Assembly (NCBI RefSeq): GCF_009914755.1
Contig: NC_060937.1
Source: the human T2T-CHM13v2.0 reference genome, Homo sapiens
Length of the DNA: 64,000 bases
Direction: 5' to 3' (one strand)
This document shows, piece after piece, positions 54,930-64,000 of the stretch. The position numbers and the translations under genes are program-made. Numbering within the stretch: position 1 is the stretch's first letter; the number at the start of each line of letters is the position of its first letter. Under the pieces are notes generated by a model, which saw only the letters and a list, made by a program, of their open reading frames with translations, did no database searches and was not told the DNA's origin.

Positions 54930-55462
54930 AATGTGTCAAACATATATTTTTTTAATCTACAAATTATTTGACACTCCTCCGATTGAATAATGGGTCTGCT
55001 CTTCTTGAACCTGAGCAGACCTTTATGGCTATGTTGACTAATAGAATACAGAAAAAGTGAAGAGGCAACTTCCAAGACTAGATCATAAAAAGTCACACAC
55101 CTTGCCTTGCTCACTCTTGGGATGCAGTCTCCATGTGGGGAAGAAGGAAGCCTGGGCAACCACATGGACACATGTAGATGCACCAGCTGCCAGTCTCACT
55201 GAGGTCCTGACCGAGAGGCAGCATCCACTGCCAGTCATGCAAGTGCCCAAGGCTTCGGATGTTCCTGGAGCCCAGTCACTGAGCCAGGCATAGCCCGCAG
55301 GTCTTGCCAGCCTATGTCACAGTCATCAAAGAACAGAGACAAGCCATTTCCACCGTGTCTTTTCCAAACTCCTGACCCACAGAATCCATGAGCATAATAA
55401 CATGGTTGTTTAATACCACTAAGTTTGGGACAGTTTGTTACATAGCAACAGTCATGGATCAC
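54930..55462 (+). mobile_element. MaLR LTR (MLT1G/F-like)
   Basis: CCTGACCCACAGAATCCATGAGCATAATAA...CCACTAAGTTTGGG...TTTGTTACATAGCAA. Confidence 0.78.
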
Positions 55463-58400
55463 ACTTCCATGGAGCTCAACCACTAATTGCCCAAACAATG
55501 TGCTCCCTGAGGAACTTGGGTCCTGTTGGTTTAGCTCAGCTGGTGGTAATGTCAGAAACAGCCAGGGAATGAGTCTGCCATTGGCATGGAGAGGCAATTA
55601 GGGTCACGTATTTCATCAGCAGAGTCTAGAGGTCTTTCTTGACACATAGAAGGGTTGCAGAGGTTATGACCTCTTCCATGCCACCCATGAACAGAATGGC
55701 TTGATCAGCAGGAAAGAGAGAATTGCATTGACATATAAATACGGGACAAGAACACTAAGTGGGAGCCTTCAAAGAAGAAGGCTCCTTTGAGAAGCCTGGA
55801 AACTTCCGGAGCTGGTTACTGGGTCAGGAGCAGCCTATTCTAGAGAACAACCTGGCATTGACTCAGAGGCTGGGCAGTGGCCTCTAGTTCTTGCATGCTG
55901 GGAGAAGTTACGGGAATGGGTGTGACCATGACCTGCCAAGCAGAGAGTCTTTGCTGACTCAACATAACCTCTGCCCATCTTGACCCCTAGAGACAACCCG
56001 TCTTGATGAAGAGAAATAAAAGTGGCCTGGATTTGAGGGAAATAGTGAAACATTGCTTTCCAAACAGGAGTCAAGAGACTAGAGTGTGCTGAGAGAATAG
56101 CAGAATGTGTGCAGGGGTGCTAATGAGCACAGAGATCATTCAGGATCATTTGCGCATTTTCAGAGTAAGCCAGTTCTCCGAGGTGGCTTCTTCCTCCTTG
56201 AAGCACACAAACTCTGTTTCCTGAAGCTTCCTTACTCATCTCATTTAATTTGGATTTAACCTGCAGCTAGAGATTCAGAATCTGAACTACAATTCAGGTG
56301 GAGAAGTTAAACTCTATATTAATAGCTCTTATAAAATACTCTATGAGTATTTTTTATTCAGTATCAGTGGGGCAGCTGCCTGAGGCAAATATGTGCAATT
56401 TCCTACTTCATTAAATATTTAAACATCTTTACTTCTGGAAGAGTTCACATTTGAAAATCTCCTTCTTGCTAAGATGCTGACAGACCACTTAGGAATTTGG
56501 TGTAAACAATATGAACAGGTGTCCTATAGGGACATTTGTTTATTGAGTTTCTTTACAAATTAATCTTGGGGTTTACAGCTATTTCAGACAACTTGTACCA
56601 ATTTAACTAGTGTTTTGGTTTATTCACATTTCTAAAATCAGGCACTAAATTATGTTGTATTTGGGCAAATTTTACTCTAAGAATTATAAAATATGAAATA
56701 GTTCAAGCAACTATAATGTTAGCAGTTTAAAATTCAAATCTCCTTGCCACTCATATTAAATTCATTTAATGTTCGTAGTTTATTGTATTTATCCCTTTTC
56801 AATACATTTTTAGTCATGCCAAAAGCAGGAAGAAAATGTATATGATTCCAGTGAAATTTCTGTTGTAAGGTGACCCAGACTTTACTGAGTAAGAATTACT
56901 GATGACACAAATCACTGAAGAGGTGTCTTGAAGTAGAATAAAAATCTCAAGCAGAAGGTACAGTAATAAATTCAAATTAATGGGTTCTTATCATGGGGAG
57001 TGGGGAGAGAACATGAAGAGATACATTAGGAATTGTAAACATAAAAATTTTATAAGGCATGTAAACATTGTCCATCCCGAAAAGTTATGGAGCTATCTCT
57101 TGTATTTATAATTTCTTTATCACCATAGTTAAGATCCTCATCCCTCATGGTATTTTTCTGAGTAGTCACTGTAACTGCAGCAGCAGCAGAAGCAACAACC
57201 ACTCTAAGGAGAAGCCTGGAGCTGTGGCAGAACACAGACAGCAATAGACAGCCTTGGGTTCACCTCCTGGCTCCGCTAGTTATTTGGGTTTAACTGGAAC
57301 AAGTGACTTTAACCTCTCTGGGTTTTCGTTTCTTAATCTTTAAAATGGGAACATCAATGGTACTTCCTCTTCTGAGGATTACATGACATAATTATTGATC
57401 ATGTTTAGGCAGGGCCTGCATAAAATACATGCTCAACCACGATGACTATATCTTTACATTCAGTCTGGCCACTTCAAACCCATGTTTATCTATTCATCTT
57501 TCTAGGCTGCTCTTTTTGTCCTATTTCTGCTCTACTTAAAAGCCCTCAGGAGCTCCCTATTACCTATCAAATAAATTTCAAACTCACTGCAGTCTGGCCT
57601 CAAACTTTTTTGCCAACCTTATCATCTGTATTTCCTATAACCTCCACATGTCACTGAATTTGGACTACATTCTAAATTGCTCAAGTCATACTTTTCCACT
57701 CATTCTGTTGCCCTGCTTAGGACAACTCTGCGATTTTGCCCGGTGGAAATACAGCTTCTTCCCATGGCTCAGGCCCAGTGGTCTCCCCTCTTTACCTTAC
57801 CACTCTGTTGCCTACACATACTTCTAAGTGCCTGTTTTGATAGCCTGTCAGTCACTAAGCCATACGCTCCCTTGAATTGTCAATATTTATGACAGTTTAT
57901 ATGTCTTATCACACTTACTTATCATCTCCTTGAAGGCAGTGATCATGTTTTATATAATTTTTGCATCATACACAATCCCAGAAAAGATCTTGCACACAAT
58001 CGGCTTTGAACAAATATTTGTTGAGATATTGACTAGGCTAGGTTCTCCAATAGAAGAGCTGATGCGGAAAAAGTGGTCTCTGTTTCTGAAATGTAGTCTC
58101 TCTTAAATATTTGTGATAAGTTACTGCTATGTTACTAAAGTTGAATTCATGAGAAATTTACCACTATCTTATCATAATCCTTCCAGGTGGAACACAAACT
58201 CGAGTGCAGCAGTGTCAGCACACAGCTAAACTCTCCGTAGAGGGTGGGCCCTGGTTTTTCAAGGACAGCACACTTTCACAAAACGGAGAGGGTTCCCTGT
58301 TCCCAGACTGGACCACCTATTCAAATTTGAAGGAAGACACATAAAAGGGCAAAAACTGATGAAGTCATAACCTCATGATTCCCCAGACAGCTAACAAGAA

Positions 58401-59559
58401 ATCCTCCCTCAATCTCCCAGTAAAGACAGGCATGGACACTTTCTGACCAAGGGATAGAAGCTGAAGCAATGGAACAATAAACCTTAAAACAACAACAACA
58501 ACAACAACCCAACAGCTATCATGAGAACTGAAACCTTCCATTGTGCCTCCACTCTCCCCACACAGATGTCCGTTCCCGCACCTATGACATTCCTCAGAGC
58601 CTGTTTAAGGTCCGCCCATCAAACTCTGGTGTGATATTGTATTTGAATGCGTTGTTATATCCCAAGGACCTGAGAGCACCTGACACAGAGTAGCTACTTT
58701 ACAAACAATCTTGTGAGTGAGTGAGTGAGTGAATGGAAGACTAGTTTCCCCTGTACAGAAATAGAAAGACAATAAATGCACTTCATTTTCTGTAAGCCAG
58801 TGGAGTTACAACAAATGCAAGATCCAATGTTTTGAGTTTGGCAAAACGTAGTTAGATTAGAAGACTTAAAAGGCTGTCTTTGACAAGAAGCTGAGGGGAT
58901 TCTGGCCATGGAAGATATGTTGTCTCTGCTGCTGGGCCGTCTCTTTCCCTCTCAGCTGTGGAAGAGGCTGCAAACTAGAGGGTGGGATGAAGGGTGCTGT
59001 CCCAGGCTTCTTCTGGGCTTATCTTACCACATCTTATGAGAGGAGTTGGGACCATGTATTATTAGTTTCCAGTTAACTGTACTGTTAAGGCAAATGTCTG
59101 AAAGATTCTGTGCTTCGTTTTGGGAAGTTGGACTTGAAATATTAAGAGTAGGCATTATCAAAGGTTAGACACGCTTCTGTCAACTTCATGCCAGAGATGA
59201 AGTTCATACACTGGACTTCTGGGGGTTGGTCTCATTTGTTTTAGGACAAAACATATTATCTATCGTACCAAGAGTTCGATAGCTATCTGCTTTCAAAGGT
59301 AAATACATTTGATCAGAAAACTCCCTGCTAAAATTGCAGTTTCTAAGCTGCCCTTGTTATACTTTTTCTTCCTCTGAGGATACTTTAAACACTCATTTCA
59401 GATTCACTAGGACTGTGGCTGTTCTTTAGCTTCTACTTTATGTATTTATCTAAGCTCGGGTATTTTCATCTTCCCCATAAGTAGTTCATCCATAGCAGAA
59501 CTGGCCGTGTTGCTGATGGTTAATATCCTTTTTTGTTTTCCCTTTAAAGTAACACACAC

Positions 59560-59800
59560 TGAGCCCTGAGTAAGAGCCGGGCTCTGTGATAAGCACTTTG
59601 CAGGTGTGAGAACACTTCATTCTTAAAACAACTGTAGGCAGAAGATGTTGTTATTATTATTATTCCCATTTTAGACGAGGAAATAGGCTTATAGAGTTCC
59701 TGGAACTTACCCAAGGTCACACAGCGCATCAGTGCTGGAACTAAGATTTGAACGTAGGTCCAGCTAACGCCAAAGCCATGCTTTAGAGCAATGAACATGG
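59560..59800 (-). mobile_element. MIR
   Basis: TTATTCCCATTTTAGACGAGGAAATAGGCT...ACTTACCCAAGGTCACACAG. Confidence 0.8.
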
Positions 59801-61013
59801 CCTCTACAACTACAAGTTTCAGAAAATGTACAGCTTCTCAGAGCCAAACAAAAGAAACATCTGAAAGATTCTTTCTCCAATAAATCAAGGATCTGAAGTC
59901 TTAATAACTCCATGTCAGATTATTAGCATCAATCACAAAACATGGTAATTTATTTAAGTGGTTGTTCAGTGAGCAGAGCCAGCTATAAACAAGAAATGTG
60001 TTCTGCTAAACCAAAGGCTGCCAGGAAGTTTGGAGGCACGAGAAGTTAGTCTCACCTTCTTGTGTAAGGAAGAAGTCAATGTAGAGTCTAAGTTTTTGTT
60101 GGAGCAAAAAGTTTTGACAAGCCATTCCATGAGCTGGGTACTCCTCTGCCACATAAGCGCTTTCTTTCCTCATTCACATTCCCCTCAAGCTCCACTCAGA
60201 AGATAAAAAAAAGTTAGGATACCCAGACTTTCCAAATAATGACCAAATGGGTAGGGTGTTTACCAATTTTTGAAGACTTTCACATAAGTATCAGCTTAGT
60301 AACTACCCTTTTCCCTAAAAACTACCATCATCAGCATACTCAAATATTTAAAGCAAACAAAATAATACTGATATCAAAACTATCAAACAAAACTTAAACA
60401 CGTTAAGGAATATGTTTATACAGTGTGTGTTTCCGGCAACTTTCACCCTACTTTCCTAAGACTTTCCAGCTCAGGCTGTGCTAGGTAGGATGGCAGGGGA
60501 ACACCAGGCATCCCTCATCAGATAATGTGGGCGGTGTGACATTGGGGTCCTTAAGTCTCTTCAGAGTCAGACAGCCCGCTAAGACCACAATAAGTACTTG
60601 GAAGCCTCCATCTAGACACCCACACCAGGCTCTTCTGCCTAGGAATAGCCAGCCACACAAAATCACGGCCTTAGGCAGTAAGCCCAATTGACATTTGGAA
60701 ATTCATAACTTTGAAAGCTATGACTTATGACACTTGGACTTGTCAGAGTCCCTCAGTCTATGGCACAGTACCTTTCACTTTAAAAGGTTTTATTCTCCTC
60801 CTGCTGATGGGAAATTATTAAAGGTGAAACAATATTTATAAGCTGAGTAAAAATACAAAGTATAATTCTTGACACTTCAGAATGAAGGTGAAAAATGAGA
60901 AGAAAGAAAAATGAGAGGGAAAACTAGAGTTTGAAATGACCCTAATTAATTATATACATTCGCTCACAGTGCATCAAATATATAAAAAATATTTAAAGTG
61001 AAGCTGAGAATTA

Positions 61014-61415
<402 letters not shown>

Positions 61416-63270
61416 TTATTATTCAAGGAAGAGAAGCAAATATAGTTATATTTTGGTGCAACTGAGGACAGCAAAGAGCTGGGTCTGGCTTTATATGGCA
61501 CCTGTATGCAGGCAAGTTTAGTGACCCCTAACAGATGCCAGCATCCCTCAGGCACTCCAGAACTGAGCACCACACCTTCCATTTGAATTGATTTCACATT
61601 GATTACTTTTTCCTCAATTATATTACAGAATAGTAGGAGCTAATAGTATTCCCATTTCATAGATTCAAAAACTGAGGCATGAGAGGTTAACAAAAATATC
61701 GATGACTACCATGTTAGGACAAACGTGCTCGAGAACCCAGGCCTCCCGTACCCAGATTTCCCAAGCTTGCCATACAAATTAGGTCTCTCCCTCTACTGGG
61801 AACATAAGTGTTCTACTTAAGGCTCATATTATTCCTTTGTTTTCAAGGTTCATTTTCTTTCCCTGTGGAAGTTTTATAGCTGCATGTAATCCATGTGTCA
61901 GGTTGTCTTATCCATAGTTTAGGCTGCTTATAATGGAGAAGCAACACCATCTATAGTAAAGGTTGTCTCTGGAAACCCAATTAGTGAAGAAAACCTCAAA
62001 TCACTTGCAACCAAGGACCCCAAAATTAACCTTTTCTCCTTAAAAATTCCCTTCCCTGCACACTCCCACAAGCAGAGTCAGTTCATCAATCTCTTTATGT
62101 AAATAGCAGTCAAGAAGCCAGGGAGGAGGTCTGTTTATTATTTTTGATCCTGTTTTGCTTCTGGCAAAATTTCACAAACACCAGAAGTTGGCAGAACATT
62201 GATACTTTTTTCTGACTGGCTACTGTTCACTAGCTACAAGTGCAGAATACAACTGTAACTATTCTGGTCTACGGGCCTCAGCTATGACTGAGGACAGAAC
62301 TGTAAAATCTGGAAGAAAAAAATCTCCACCCAAGACTTCTCTCTGAAAATGTGGACCCTCCTTTAATACACACTTTTCTCTCACTAGAGGATGGCTGAGT
62401 TCCAGATCCACTGTCTAGAGAACAACACAGGTCTTACCCAATTCCCACGTCACTCCTTGTACTCCCTAGTGTCAGAAAAGGTCCACTGTGAAGTCACAAG
62501 AGGCCCTGAGCTCTGTGGGCCCCAGGTGCCCCGGGAAAACTTGGGGGAGAATGGGCATCCCACCCCAGCACTTTCTAGGAAGAAGGGCAGCATTTTGAAG
62601 GGCTGGAAGTAGAGGAAGGAGGTTGCGGGTAGAAGACTCCATACTTTCTGTGACGCCTATTCCTTAGGTAGGAACTTAGGAACCTCAGGTAGGTTCAGCA
62701 ACATGCTGGATCCTGCCCTTGGGAATCCTGATGCCTTGGACATTTACTTGGGAAGCAGAGTTCTTGATAAAGAGCAGCCAGCCCTCAAGAGGGGAGTGGG
62801 AGGGTAGTTAGTATAGGATGGGCACACGGCTTTGCTGCTGGTGGCACAATGAGGTCCTCCAGCAACATGAGGGGTTGGTGAGGAAGGGAGAACCAACCAG
62901 GTCTATAATGATGGGAAAAAAAAAGCATAAAACATACAAATAAAAAAAAAACTTCTTGGTTCCAAGTAAACATGCCTACGTATAATTATGAAGATGACAG
63001 GGTTGCACAGTCAAGAATAACGTGGGCTCCCAGATCGTCCAGACTTGAGTTCAAAGCCCTGTTCCAACTCCCACTCGCTGTGTGACTTTGGGAAAGTTTA
63101 TTTAACTCCTGGAGAATTTGTTTACTCATCTGTTAGGTCTTACTATGTTTATTTTCCAGATGAGTAAACTTAACTCTTAGGTCTTTATGAAAATTAAATA
63201 AAATAGTAATATAGGTAGTGCTGAAAATAGTTCTTGGTACATCACAGTGGGTCCTCAACAAAAGTAGCTA

Positions 63271-63502
63271 CAGGTTTAGTAACCCTTATCTGAGATGCTT
63301 GGCACCAGAAGTGTTTCAGATTTGAGATGTCTAAAAATTTTGGAATATTTGCATTATATCAGTTAAGCATCCTTAATCCCCAAATCCGAAATCCAAAATA
63401 CTCCAATGGGCATTTCCTTTCAGTGTCACGTCAGTGCTCAAGAAGTTTCAGATTCTGAAGCGTTTCAGACTTTGAATTTTCTGATTAGGGTTACTCAACC
63501 TG
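63271..63502 (+). mobile_element. Tigger4a (MER46A)-like fossil, next to a MIR (~63005-63268)
   Basis: Terminal inverted repeats CAGGTTTAGTAACCCT / AGGGTTACTCAACCTG. Confidence 0.87.
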
Positions 63503-64000
63503 CATAAGTATATTGTTACTACTTTTTAAAATGTAAACATTTCAAAGGCTCAATATTGTGGTGAGAAATATAAAAGTCAAATGACCAATCCAGACCCAAA
63601 TATTTCATCTAAGTACATCTTAAAGGTTAATAAACTCTGCTGACAACCTGCCTATCCATGACAAACCCTGAGTCTTTTCATGGGTGATTCAGTGGAAATA
63701 TTCTCCCGTAGTCAGAGGCATGGCTTGCCTGGGCCTCTGGGTGCAGCTGCACAGATTCAAGCAGCCTGAAGGAAAGGTGACTGACAGCTAATGATCTGAA
63801 AAGAACTTGTCTCAACTCAACGTCATTCCTGGCATTATCGAACAAAGCAATAAACCTCACAGAATGGAAGCTACAGTGTCCAGGGCCAGCTCTGCTAAGG
63901 TAACCAAAGACAGAGAAGGAGGCAAAAGTGACAGAAGAAACTCATGGGAAACCAACAGAAATATAATGGCTTTGGCAGAAATGCAATTATCAATTGGGAG

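Overview
This is great-ape (probably human) genomic DNA, not microbial. It contains 13 Alu copies or fragments, one SVA, several L1 pieces, about 11 ERV/MaLR solo LTRs, hAT and Tigger DNA-transposon fossils, many MIR/L2 relics and microsatellites. I recognise no known protein-coding gene, RNA gene or CRISPR array. Most ORFs in the track are repeat-derived or have no recognisable homology. The region reads as intronic, lncRNA or intergenic. The best non-repeat signals are: (1) minus-strand splice and poly(A) signals that can be joined into a speculative 154-aa two-exon ORF and a ~3-kb transposon-free terminal exon; (2) a strong + orientation bias of LTRs and Alus, consistent with a minus-strand host transcript; (3) a palindrome-rich 37-bp minisatellite born inside an L1; (4) an old ~205-bp local duplication sharing a MER45A junction; (5) several nested or chimeric insertions with readable target-site duplications (TSDs). 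Repeat family names come from my recall of consensus sequences, not a database search, and boundaries without a TSD are approximate. I found no convincing new biological system.
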